A DNA stretch of 32,000 nucleotides, from the NCBI GenBank assembly GCA_041659405.1, contig JBAZYK010000014.1, positions 1,165-33,164 on the forward strand. Direction: 5' to 3'. This document shows positions 15,418 through 24,063 of this stretch, piece after piece; position 1 is the stretch's first letter; each line of letters begins with the position of its first letter. Both the position numbers and the translations under genes were made by a program. A model generated the notes under the pieces. It was not told where the DNA came from. It did no database searches and was given only the letters and a program-made list of their open reading frames with translations. The stretch is from Candidatus Altimarinota bacterium. GTDB taxonomy: Bacteria > Patescibacteriota > Gracilibacteria > UBA1369.

Positions 15418-16018
15418 GCAAGTGACCTAAACGATTTTTTTTTGTTAACAAATAGCCTTTATTTACTTTATTAGGTTTAATTTGAATTGATATACGCTTA
15501 ACAACATCAATGCCGCACTGCGTAATTTCTTTTATTTTTTTAGGATTATTGGTAAGAAGTTTAATTTTCTTCACTCCAAATTCAGCCAACATCAAAGCGG
15601 CAATATCATATTCCCTGGCATCCGCTTCAAACCCCAATTGCTTATTTGCATCCACCGTATCAAAACCAAGATCCTGCAAAGCATAAGCCTTAATCTTATT
15701 GACCAAACCAATACCACGCCCCTCCTGTCTTAAATAAAGCAAGATACCGGACTTTTCTTTTTTGATTTGTTTTAAACTTGCTTGAAGCTGGGGCCCACAA
15801 TCACAACGCAATGAACCAAAAATATCACCGGTTAAACATTCAGAATGAATTCTAACCAACATCGGTGTATCTTTTTTAATTTTCCCCATCACCAAAGCAA
15901 CATGCTCTTTATTATCTTTTCCTCTAAACACATACAAATGGAACAGGCCGGATTTTGTTGGAAGCAAAGCGTCAGCCACCTTTTTTAACTGATTTTTTTT
16001 GTTGTTTTCTGTATTCAA
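15404..16018 (-). CDS. ribA: GTP cyclohydrolase II
   Basis: 204 aa. VRIHSECLTGDIFGSLRCDCGPQL zinc/GTP motif and LRQEGRGIGL. The ORF begins with TTG at 16018 and overlaps the ribB 3' end in another frame. Confidence 0.9.
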   Translation of the reverse strand: MNTENNKKNQLKKVADALLPTKSGLFHLYVFRGKDNKEHVALVMGKIKKDTPMLVRIHSECLTGDIFGSLRCDCGPQLQASLKQIKKEKSGILLYLRQEGRGIGLVNKIKAYALQDLGFDTVDANKQLGFEADAREYDIAALMLAEFGVKKIKLLTNNPKKIKEITQCGIDVVKRISIQIKPNKVNKGYLLTKKNRLGHLLDYV

Positions 16019-16610
16019 TGAGATCCTTTATTGAAATAAGTCTTAGTTTATAATTTTTAGCAAATTCAATCAAAAAAGGCAAACGTGCCATTTCCCCACT
16101 ATCTTCAGCAATTTCACAAAGTACACCAACTTCCTTTAATCCCGCCAACTTCATCAAATCCAACGTGGCCTCTGTATGTCCCGGTCTTTCAAAAACACCA
16201 TCATCACAGGCACGAATAGGAAAAACATGTCCGGGTTGAGCAAAATCATCGGACTTGGAAGAATCGGAAGCCAGAGAATTTATTGTTTTAGCTCTATCGG
16301 AAGCCGAAATTCCTGTTGTAGTTCCAAAACGATAATCAATCGAAATAGTAAAATTAGTCCTAAAAGCCTCATTATTCTTTTTAGCCATATGGTAAAGATC
16401 CAGTCGATCCGCCAACTTATTTGAAATAGGAGCACAAATCAACCCACGGCCTTTTTGCGCCATGAAATTTATGTCGGCAGCTGTCACTTTTTCCCCGGAC
16501 ATAATCAGATCACCTTCATTCTCCCGATCTTCATCATCAACCACCACAAGCATCTTGCCTGCTTTAATATCCTCAATAGCGGCCTCAATACCTTTCAAAA
16601 TATCCTTCAT
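15972..16610 (-). CDS. ribB: 3,4-dihydroxy-2-butanone-4-phosphate synthase
   Basis: 212 aa. [20 protein letters not shown]-like FTISIDY, and PGHVFP motifs. Confidence 0.9.
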   Translation of the reverse strand: MKDILKGIEAAIEDIKAGKMLVVVDDEDRENEGDLIMSGEKVTAADINFMAQKGRGLICAPISNKLADRLDLYHMAKKNNEAFRTNFTISIDYRFGTTTGISASDRAKTINSLASDSSKSDDFAQPGHVFPIRACDDGVFERPGHTEATLDLMKLAGLKEVGVLCEIAEDSGEMARLPFLIEFAKNYKLRLISIKDLIEYRKQQKKSVKKGG

Positions 16611-16619
16611 TATTAAAAT

Positions 16620-17207
16620 TTAAACGGAGAAACGTGCGAAACGAACGATTTTAATATTTTCACCCATCTTTGTAATTGCATGGACCAAAAGCCCTTCAAT
16701 CGTCTTTTCCGGATCTTTAACAAAAACCTGTTTTAAAAGCGCATTTTCTTCACGGAATTTTTTTTCTTTACCTGTCAAAATCATTTCGATCATTTTATCG
16801 TTTTTTCCTTCATTTTTTAATTGCTGATGCCAAATTTCACGCTCTTTTTCAACCAATTCATGAGAAACATCATCAGGTGATAAAACCAAAGGATTCATCG
16901 CTGCGATATGCATGGCGATATCTTTTGCCAAGTTTTGGAACTCTTCATTCTTAGCAACGAAATCAGTTTCACATCCAATTTGAACAATAACGCCAAGTTT
17001 ACCATTTCCATGAATATAACTCGCTACAGTACCCTGACTTGTAGATCTTTCACCTCTTTCAATAGCCTTGGCTTCACCCTTTTTTCTAAGTGTATCAATA
17101 GCTTTATTTAAATCACCATCAGCCTCTTCCATAGCCTTCTTACAAGCCATCATGGATGATCCGGTGACCTCGCGTAATTCCTTAATTTGCTCAAGTGTAA
17201 CTGCCAT
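16620..17207 (-). CDS. tsf: Translation elongation factor Ts (short form)
   Basis: 195 aa. UBA-like N-terminus [37 protein letters not shown], then [12 protein letters not shown]. Confidence 0.93.
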   Translation of the reverse strand: MAVTLEQIKELREVTGSSMMACKKAMEEADGDLNKAIDTLRKKGEAKAIERGERSTSQGTVASYIHGNGKLGVIVQIGCETDFVAKNEEFQNLAKDIAMHIAAMNPLVLSPDDVSHELVEKEREIWHQQLKNEGKNDKMIEMILTGKEKKFREENALLKQVFVKDPEKTIEGLLVHAITKMGENIKIVRFARFSV

Positions 17208-17248
17208 TTCAATGAAAAGTTATAAAATAAGTAAATATAAAACCAAAT

Positions 17249-17806
17249 TTAAGACTGAGGTTTATCTGACGATTGTGGCTGTTCAGCATCCTGCGTAGAA
17301 GTTGGTTGCTGGCCGGTTATAGCCTGGGTAGCCGCTTTTGTTAAAACAGTTACCGGCAACTTTTCCGCAACATCACCTAAAACAGGAATCTTCCACCAAT
17401 TACCCATAAATGCCAAATAAGCTGAATATATGGACAAAACAAAAAGTACAAATTGACCCAACATCCCCAAAATTGGACCTAAAGGCCAAAACAAAACGTA
17501 CATAATAACAGTACAGAAAAACAAACCCAACATCAGCAATCCCTGTTTACCATGAAGCTTCACATAGGCACTTTCAGGTCTAACAATCAAAGCCAATAAC
17601 GCCATCATTGGTATATAACAAATAGCTCCCCAAAGCCGATCATCAGAACTAACGGCTGGTTGCACAATTGCAGTTACTGGTGCAGGTGACGAAACCGAAG
17701 CAGCAGTTGGACTTTGAGCCGCTACAGGCTGAACCGGCTGAGTATTTTGACTCTGCGCATTTTCAACAGGAGCGGAAGAAGAGGATTCTACTTTATTATC
17801 AAGCAT
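17249..17806 (-). CDS. DUF4870-like integral membrane protein with low-complexity termini
   Basis: 185 aa. P/A/S/Q-rich N-terminus. Core DDRLWGAICYIPMMALLALIV...YVKLHGKQGLLMLGLFF...AFMGNWWKIPVLG resembles the DUF4870 pattern. Q/S/P-rich C-terminal tail. Confidence 0.55.
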   Translation of the reverse strand: MLDNKVESSSSAPVENAQSQNTQPVQPVAAQSPTAASVSSPAPVTAIVQPAVSSDDRLWGAICYIPMMALLALIVRPESAYVKLHGKQGLLMLGLFFCTVIMYVLFWPLGPILGMLGQFVLFVLSIYSAYLAFMGNWWKIPVLGDVAEKLPVTVLTKAATQAITGQQPTSTQDAEQPQSSDKPQS

Positions 17807-17820
17807 TTTGATGAAAATTA

Positions 17821-18507
17821 TTATTTAGTACCTTTCCCACCCAAAATAGCACTTTTAACTTTGTGAATCAAATACGTAAGAGACTTAACCGCATCGTCAT
17901 TTCCGGGAATTGGATAAGCAATACCGTCCGGGTTAGCATTGGAATCCGCAATAGCCACAACCGGGATTTTTACCTTATTAGCTTCACGAACAACAATACG
18001 ATCACGAACCGCATCAGCCAAGAAAATTACATCAGGAAGCCTTTCTACGTCAATAACACCACCTAACGCCGCATCAAGTTTTTCGATCTCTTTTCTTAAA
18101 ACCACTGCTTCTTTTTTAGTGTATTTTTCAAATCCACCTGATTTTTCTTGTTCTTTTAAAGTCTTATAATAACGAATACGTTGCTTCATTGTAGTGAAGT
18201 TTGTCAACAAACCACCCATCCATTTGTGAACAACAAAAGGCATTTTAACAGCTTCTGCGGCCTCTTTCATCAACTCGGCAGCTTGTGGCTTAGTGCTGAC
18301 AAAAAGGATTGTTTTACCACTGGCAGCGGCGTTTCTTAAAAAATCAACAGCTTTATCCAAAGCAATTTCTGTTTTTTCCAAATCAAAAATATGAACTCCA
18401 TTTCGGGCTCCAAAGAGGTACTTTCTCATCTTTGGGTTCCATTTTTGAGTCTTATGTCCAAAATGGACAGCGTTGTCCAACATTTCCTTTATAACGGTCT
18501 GATTCAT
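17821..18507 (-). CDS. rpsB: 30S ribosomal protein S2
   Basis: 228 aa. NAVHFGHKTQKWNPKMRKYLFGARNGVHIFDL. An AAGGA Shine-Dalgarno sequence lies upstream. Confidence 0.95.
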   Translation of the reverse strand: MNQTVIKEMLDNAVHFGHKTQKWNPKMRKYLFGARNGVHIFDLEKTEIALDKAVDFLRNAAASGKTILFVSTKPQAAELMKEAAEAVKMPFVVHKWMGGLLTNFTTMKQRIRYYKTLKEQEKSGGFEKYTKKEAVVLRKEIEKLDAALGGVIDVERLPDVIFLADAVRDRIVVREANKVKIPVVAIADSNANPDGIAYPIPGNDDAVKSLTYLIHKVKSAILGGKGTK

Positions 18508-18638
18508 ATATCCTTGGGGTTAATTTACCCTCATCATCTTGCGCTTAACCCATAAACGGGAGGACAGCACAATCTAAAGGTAAACTGAAATAAAAACAGC
18601 GAAAATCTATAGTAATTCCGCCATAAATGCAAGGGTAT

Positions 18639-18668
18639 TTGACCAAACAGGGTAAAAAATGCTAAAAT
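18639..18668 (+). promoter_or_regulatory. Sigma70-like promoter (extended -10) for the kinase-STAS-PrsW genes
   Basis: TTGACC (18639-18644), 18-nt spacer ending in TGC, TAAAAT (18663-18668), 22 nt upstream of the ATG at 18691. Confidence 0.5.
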
Positions 18669-18690
18669 TATATGAACTTTTGAGAATTAT

Positions 18691-19215
18691 ATGGAAACAC
18701 CAACTCCGGAAAACAAACCGGTAAAAATAACAATCACCCTGCCTACCAATGCTTATTTCATGTCGGGGATAAGAGATTTTACTTTATCTCTCATTCGCAA
18801 CATGACCGAATTTTCGGAACAATGGGCATTCAGGTTTCAATCCGTAGTTGATGAACTTTGCAATAACGCAATTGAACACGGCACAGCGCCGGGAGATGAT
18901 ATTAAAATAACTTTCATCAGCAATCCTCACGAAAGTATTGAAATATTGGTTGAAGATAAAAATAACGGCACAAATAAAACAACCGCCGAACAACTAAAAC
19001 AACTGATAGATGAAAGAAGAAAACCAAACTACATTCACAAAGGTATCCGTGGCAGAGGACTTTCTAAAATCGTCGCAGAATGGACGGATGAATTGGAGTT
19101 TAAAGATATAGAAAATAATGGTATTTTAGTTAGAGTGAAAAAGAATTTAAACGATCCAAAACTCAAAGAAATGGCACAATCCTCAGCGGATCCAAGTCAT
19201 CTTGTGCTCAATTAA
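18691..19215 (+). CDS. RsbW/SpoIIAB-like anti-sigma-type serine kinase (HATPase_c_2 fold)
   Basis: 174 aa. N-box VVDELCNNAIEHG, EILVEDKNNG, and G-box GIRGRGLSKIV. Confidence 0.75.
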   Translation: METPTPENKPVKITITLPTNAYFMSGIRDFTLSLIRNMTEFSEQWAFRFQSVVDELCNNAIEHGTAPGDDIKITFISNPHESIEILVEDKNNGTNKTTAEQLKQLIDERRKPNYIHKGIRGRGLSKIVAEWTDELEFKDIENNGILVRVKKNLNDPKLKEMAQSSADPSHLVLN

Positions 19216-19275
19216 GCGCCCAGTCCCAAATCCATCATTTCTAATTACAAATTATTAATTACTAATTAAAAACCC

Positions 19276-19662
19276 ATGACAGAAATAAACATTACAGTTG
19301 AAGACATTCCGGCAACTACTCAAAACCAAGCGGTAAAACTGGCTAAATTCCAGGGACAGCTTGATGAAAGCAACGTTGACGAAAAATCCAAAATTATTTA
19401 CGGACTCATCGAGCAAAATCCTAAAAACTTATATTTACTTTTCGACTTTGAAGAATTGGAATATATGAATAGCAAGGCCGTAGGATACCTGACCGACTGG
19501 TATGGCAAAATTGCGGAAGCCCAGGGCAAAATCGTTATAGCAAAAGCTAAAAGCAACATCTTGGATATTCTTCAGGTCGTGGGTTTGACTCAACTGATTA
19601 ACACCTATCCAACTTTGGACGAAGCGAAATTTGCGTTATTGCATGACGTTGCTGCACATTAA
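19276..19662 (+). CDS. STAS-domain anti-sigma-factor-antagonist-like protein, copy 2
   Basis: 128 aa. LLFDFEELEYMNSKAVGYL retains the phospho-acceptor Ser position. ILDILQVVGL helix near the C-terminus. Confidence 0.8.
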   Translation: MTEINITVEDIPATTQNQAVKLAKFQGQLDESNVDEKSKIIYGLIEQNPKNLYLLFDFEELEYMNSKAVGYLTDWYGKIAEAQGKIVIAKAKSNILDILQVVGLTQLINTYPTLDEAKFALLHDVAAH

Positions 19663-19684
19663 AAATCCTTAATACGGATAGGCT

Positions 19685-20788
19685 ATGGACAGCACCTTTA
19701 CCCTCTATCTTGTTTCTGGACTCTTAGCCCTCGCCCCGGCGGCAATTTGGTTAACCGTGATTTTCAAAAAAACTAAAAGACACGGATTACAAGTACTGCT
19801 CTTTCTTGCGGGAACACTCTCGGTGATTCCGATTTTTGCAATGCAGTACTTCCTGAACTTCTTCCCTCAATTTAGCATTGTCAACTTTCTTCAGGAAAAC
19901 ATCAATGATCAAAATTTCAATTTTATCGTACTTTTTATATGTGTTGGAATAACCGAAGAAATAGTTAAACAAGCCTTAATAAGATTCATAGACAAAAGGT
20001 ACTTGCTGATAGAAACAATCAACGAATCAATTCAATTCAGCCTGGTTGCAGCTTTGGGGTTTTCATTCATTGAAAATATTTTTTACATCTATCATATTTG
20101 GACAAATCTGGGTATCCAACAGCTTTTCATAGCCTACTTATTCAGATCAATTTTCACTACCTGCGCCCACCTTATGTTTTCCGGCATATTCGGTTATTAT
20201 TATGGAATTGCAAAATTCTCATTAAATATTCGTGAACAATCGGAAATGGCCGGCAAAAAACATCATTTCCAAAGGTTCCTGGCAAGAGTCTTTAACTATT
20301 CCAAATCTCAAGCCTTTAAAGAAACAACTATCTTAAAGGGACTTTTTATTGCAATCGGACTACATGCGATTTTTGACTTCCTTCTACAATTAAACCAAAT
20401 TATACCGGTAGTTATTTTCGTAGTGATCGGTTATGGAATTTTGCGACTTCTATTAAAGCAAAAAACAGGAAGGCTTGTTTTGATAAACGATATCGATAAC
20501 GTCCGTGAATCAAGCATGGCAAAGACGGATGAAGAAGTTGTTGTTGAGCTACTCGGCATGTGGTTTAAGGAAAAAAAGTATGTCGATGTAATTCATATCT
20601 GCGAAAGACTTTTGGAACGTGATCCGGACAATAAGGTCGTTCAATTATTCAAGAGTAAAGCCATAGATAACATGAGCAATAACAGTATTTATGCCAAAAT
20701 TTTGGGAACAATGTTTCCAGCCAAATCGATTTCCATTTCAAAACTCATCAAAGTAAAAGAAAAAGACACCAAAGAAGAAAAACTTTAG
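19685..20788 (+). CDS. PrsW-family intramembrane protease with a TPR-like C-terminal tail
   Basis: 367 aa, polytopic. PrsW/CPBP-type motifs GITEEIVKQ (EExxK), CAHLMFSG, GLHAIFDF (HxxxD). Soluble tail KKYVDVIHICERLLERDPDNKVV. Confidence 0.7.
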   Translation: MDSTFTLYLVSGLLALAPAAIWLTVIFKKTKRHGLQVLLFLAGTLSVIPIFAMQYFLNFFPQFSIVNFLQENINDQNFNFIVLFICVGITEEIVKQALIRFIDKRYLLIETINESIQFSLVAALGFSFIENIFYIYHIWTNLGIQQLFIAYLFRSIFTTCAHLMFSGIFGYYYGIAKFSLNIREQSEMAGKKHHFQRFLARVFNYSKSQAFKETTILKGLFIAIGLHAIFDFLLQLNQIIPVVIFVVIGYGILRLLLKQKTGRLVLINDIDNVRESSMAKTDEEVVVELLGMWFKEKKYVDVIHICERLLERDPDNKVVQLFKSKAIDNMSNNSIYAKILGTMFPAKSISISKLIKVKEKDTKEEKL

Positions 20789-20793
20789 GCTTT

Positions 20794-20836
20794 ACTCAAG
20801 AGCAAAAAATTCGTATCATAAAAAATGCTTTTGAGT
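20794..20836 (+). terminator. Hairpin between the prsW-like gene and the first glycosyltransferase (possible terminator or attenuator)
   Basis: ACTCAAGAGCA (20794-20804) pairs with TGCTTTTGAGT (20826-20836), giving 11 bp including one G-U pair and a 21-nt A-rich loop. AATTTT follows, 8 nt before the ATG at 20845. The large loop makes it atypical. Confidence 0.3.
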
Positions 20837-20844
20837 AATTTTAA

Positions 20845-21963
20845 ATGTCCCTAAAAAACGTTAAACTGGCAATCGTTTGTGACTGGTTAACAAACACCGG
20901 TGGAGCAGAAAAAGTTATTTTGGCTCTCCACCATCTTTTTCCGAAAGCGCCAATTTACACTTCCATTTATAATCCACAAAAAATTAAAGGATTTGAAAAC
21001 GCGATAATCAACACTTCATATCTGCAAAACCTTCCTTTTGCAAAAGACAAACATCAATTGTATTTAGCATTGATGCCACACGCCTTTGAAAGGTTTGATT
21101 TGAGCGGGTACGACATTGTTATTTCAAGCTCTCACTCTTGCGCTAAAGGCGTAATAACCAAACCGCAAACTTTACATATTTGTTATTGCCATTCCCCAAT
21201 GCGTTATGCCTGGGAAAATAGTCACAAATATATTCAGGAGTACGAAGTAAACAGTATTGTAAAAAAGATCGCACCGCTTTTCATGCACAAAATAAGAATG
21301 TGGGATCGATTAAGCGCAGACAGAGTGGATAATTTTATTGCCAATTCCAAGCACATCCAAAATCGAATCAATAAATATTATCGCAAACCATCAAGCGTTA
21401 TTTATCCATTTGTTGATTGCAAAAATTATAATGTTAACCCAAATCGACAAGACTTCTTTTTGGCCGTAGGAAGACTAACGCCTTACAAAAAATTTGACCT
21501 TATAATTGAAACTTTTAACGAACTGAACCTGCCCTTGAAAATTGTTGGAACGGGAGTTGCCTACAAAAAATTAAAAGAAATGGCCAATGACAATATTGAA
21601 TTTCTGGGCCACGTTTCAAACAATAAATTAACGGAACTATACAGCCAGGCAAAAGCCCTTATCTTTCCGCAAATTGAGGATTTCGGGATTACTCCGTTAG
21701 AGGCAATGGCTTCGGGATGCCCGGTAATAGCCTATAACAAAGGTGGTGCCCTGGAAACAATCGTCGATAAAAAGACCGGAATATTTTTCAATGAGCAAAA
21801 TGCAGTTACTTTAAAGGCGGCAATTGAAAAATTCAACAAAATGAATTTCGATCCACAGGCAATCAGAGAACATGCCGAGAAATTTGATTTAAAGATCTTT
21901 AACGAGAAAATGCTTGAATTTATTGAGAAAAAGTGGGAAAACTGGGTAACCGATATGCATTAA
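20845..21963 (+). CDS. Glycosyltransferase family 4 (GT-B, retaining)
   Basis: 372 aa. N-terminus LAIVCDWLTNTGGAEKVILAL. C-terminal donor-binding motif EDFGITPLEAMASGCPVIAYNKGGALE. Confidence 0.85.
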   Translation: MSLKNVKLAIVCDWLTNTGGAEKVILALHHLFPKAPIYTSIYNPQKIKGFENAIINTSYLQNLPFAKDKHQLYLALMPHAFERFDLSGYDIVISSSHSCAKGVITKPQTLHICYCHSPMRYAWENSHKYIQEYEVNSIVKKIAPLFMHKIRMWDRLSADRVDNFIANSKHIQNRINKYYRKPSSVIYPFVDCKNYNVNPNRQDFFLAVGRLTPYKKFDLIIETFNELNLPLKIVGTGVAYKKLKEMANDNIEFLGHVSNNKLTELYSQAKALIFPQIEDFGITPLEAMASGCPVIAYNKGGALETIVDKKTGIFFNEQNAVTLKAAIEKFNKMNFDPQAIREHAEKFDLKIFNEKMLEFIEKKWENWVTDMH

Positions 21964-21973
21964 TTAATCAATT

Positions 21974-22891
21974 ATGGAAATTGTCGAATATTTAAATTTC
22001 ATAAAAAGGAACTGGAAAGTCTTATTGATGCTGACAATAGTCACAACACTAAGCGCACTTTATTTTGCCAATTCAAAAAATAAAATAAGTTATGAAGACA
22101 CAATTTATGCAAGTATTGGCGCAAAACAAACCGCTTCCACCAGCTTATATGAAAGCGTTCAGGCCGCGGATCAATTCGCCGAAACAATTACCGGATGGTT
22201 CAAAGATCAGAATTTCGTTAATAAAATTTCCGGCAAAAATATAAATGATAATTTTAATATTTCAGCAAAGAAACAGGAAAGACAAAATATTTCAATAAAT
22301 TTCACCGGTTCAACCAAAGAAGAAGCTGAAAAAATAAGTAACAATCTGGAAAAAGAGCTCAATAATCAGCTAGCCATTTACAATAATCTAACTCAAAGTG
22401 GTTTTATAATCGGATCATATTCATCAAATATAGAGCCAAAGAACTATCCTTTCATCTTAGTCGTTATTTTTGGAATGATTGGTGGATTCATACTCGGCCA
22501 AATAATCGCATTGGCCCATGAGTATTTCTTCATGCTTGCCACAACCCAAGAACAGATTATCTCCATTCTTAATAAAAAGCCTTTGGAAAGATTGGGAGAT
22601 GAAAAAATAAAGAGCCTGGAGACTGTTGGTGCCTATTTAAAGGGCCAAAGCGCCAAAAAGGTTATCATTGCCGGATTGAATATAAATCCCGAAAAAATCA
22701 GTAAACTTCTTCAAAAAACCAATTCTGGAAAAACTTTTCAGGCAATTACACTTCCACAAGACTCAATGGAAATAATCAGTAAAGAGTGGATTATCTTGGT
22801 TTGCAGACTCGGAAAAACCAAGCTTCAAGATTTGGAAAAGATTCAAAAACTTTTACCGGGCGATTTTGAGTACCTTATAGTCAATGCATGA
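21974..22891 (+). CDS. Wzz/PCP-like chain-length-determinant protein with a P-loop-less kinase-like cytoplasmic tail
   Basis: 305 aa. Wzz-type N-terminus EYLNFIKRNWKVLLMLTIVTTLSALYF (TM1), a short extracytoplasmic coiled segment, and TM2 FILVVIFGMIGGFILGQIIALA. The tail KKVIIAGLNINPEK...WIILVCRLGKTKLQDLEKIQKLL...YLIVN resembles a BY-kinase scaffold without a Walker A motif. Confidence 0.5.
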   Translation: MEIVEYLNFIKRNWKVLLMLTIVTTLSALYFANSKNKISYEDTIYASIGAKQTASTSLYESVQAADQFAETITGWFKDQNFVNKISGKNINDNFNISAKKQERQNISINFTGSTKEEAEKISNNLEKELNNQLAIYNNLTQSGFIIGSYSSNIEPKNYPFILVVIFGMIGGFILGQIIALAHEYFFMLATTQEQIISILNKKPLERLGDEKIKSLETVGAYLKGQSAKKVIIAGLNINPEKISKLLQKTNSGKTFQAITLPQDSMEIISKEWIILVCRLGKTKLQDLEKIQKLLPGDFEYLIVNA

Positions 22892-24063
22892 ATATCGTCA
22901 TTGATATCAGGCCACTGATGGGAGGGAAAATCAGTGGAATAGAAATCTACATTAAAAATCTTATCGAGAATTTAGTCAGTATAGATCAGACAAACACCTA
23001 TATTCTTTTTGCCAATGCTTCGAGTAATCAAATGCCGTTTTTGCCGAAAATTAAAAGCAAAAACCTGACAATAATTCAGACCAGAATCCCCAATAAAATC
23101 CTAAATTTTCTGCTTATTGCCGTTCAATGGCCAAAGCTGGATCAATTGATTTTAAGGCACCTTGATAGAAATCCACACCTAAGGCCGGAATCGCTAAAAA
23201 AAGACCAAATAGACCTGTTCTTTATGCCGGATTTAAGGCCAAGCGCTTTATCTAAGGAGGTAAGGAAAATCTTAACAATCCACGATTTATCTTTTTTGCA
23301 TTTTCCGAAGTTTTTTTCATTAAAAACACGGCTTTGGTACAAATTAATAAATCCCCAAAAAGAAATAAAAAGCGCAGATAAAATAATTGCCGTGTCGGAA
23401 TTTACTAAAAAAGATATCCTGCAAAACATTGATTATAAAGGCCAAATTAAAGTAATACACCAGGGGATTGCGGAAAATTTTTGCCAAAATATAAAAACTG
23501 AAACCACCAAGCAGGTACTCCGAAAATATCATCTTCAAGAGCCATACCTGCTTTTCTTATCAACAATAGAGCCAAGAAAAAACGTTAACAGGCTGGCAGA
23601 GGCTTTCAACCTATACAAAAAAAGGCATTCACAAAGTAAAATCAAGCTCGTCATAGCCGGCAAAGAAGATAAGAAAATTTTCTCTAAAGTAAAACTGGAA
23701 GAAAATAAAGACATCATCTTTGCGGGTTTTATTGAAGAAAATCAAAAAGAATCCCTGGTTAAGGGAGCAACCGCCTTCATTTACCCATCGCTTTTTGAAG
23801 GCTTTGGGTTGCCATTATTAGAAGCCATGAAATGCGGAGTTCCGGTTATCACCTCCAATACAAGCTCAATGCCGGAAGTTATCGGTGACGCCGGAATTTT
23901 AATTAACCCCAAAGATATAGAATCAATCTCCAAAGCAATCGAAGAAATTCAAAAACCGGAAATTCAGGAAAAACTCAAAAATAAAATGAAGGAGCAAATC
24001 AAAAAATTCAGCTGGGGAAATTGCGCAAAAGAAACATTGGATTATTTTGATTTCTCCAAGTAA
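22888..24063 (+). CDS. Glycosyltransferase family 4 (mannosyltransferase-like)
   Basis: 391 aa. EGFGLPLLEAMKCGVPVITSNTSSMPEV. Its start overlaps the upstream stop (ATGA at 22888-22891). Confidence 0.85.
   Translation: MNIVIDIRPLMGGKISGIEIYIKNLIENLVSIDQTNTYILFANASSNQMPFLPKIKSKNLTIIQTRIPNKILNFLLIAVQWPKLDQLILRHLDRNPHLRPESLKKDQIDLFFMPDLRPSALSKEVRKILTIHDLSFLHFPKFFSLKTRLWYKLINPQKEIKSADKIIAVSEFTKKDILQNIDYKGQIKVIHQGIAENFCQNIKTETTKQVLRKYHLQEPYLLFLSTIEPRKNVNRLAEAFNLYKKRHSQSKIKLVIAGKEDKKIFSKVKLEENKDIIFAGFIEENQKESLVKGATAFIYPSLFEGFGLPLLEAMKCGVPVITSNTSSMPEVIGDAGILINPKDIESISKAIEEIQKPEIQEKLKNKMKEQIKKFSWGNCAKETLDYFDFSK

Noticed and set aside
18517-18551. Hairpin in the rpsB 5' leader (GGGTTAA / TTAACCC, 21-nt loop) as a possible S2 autoregulatory element
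   Set aside because: It is only a 7-bp AT-rich stem with a large loop. I cannot match it to the known rpsB leader structure without a covariance-model scan.
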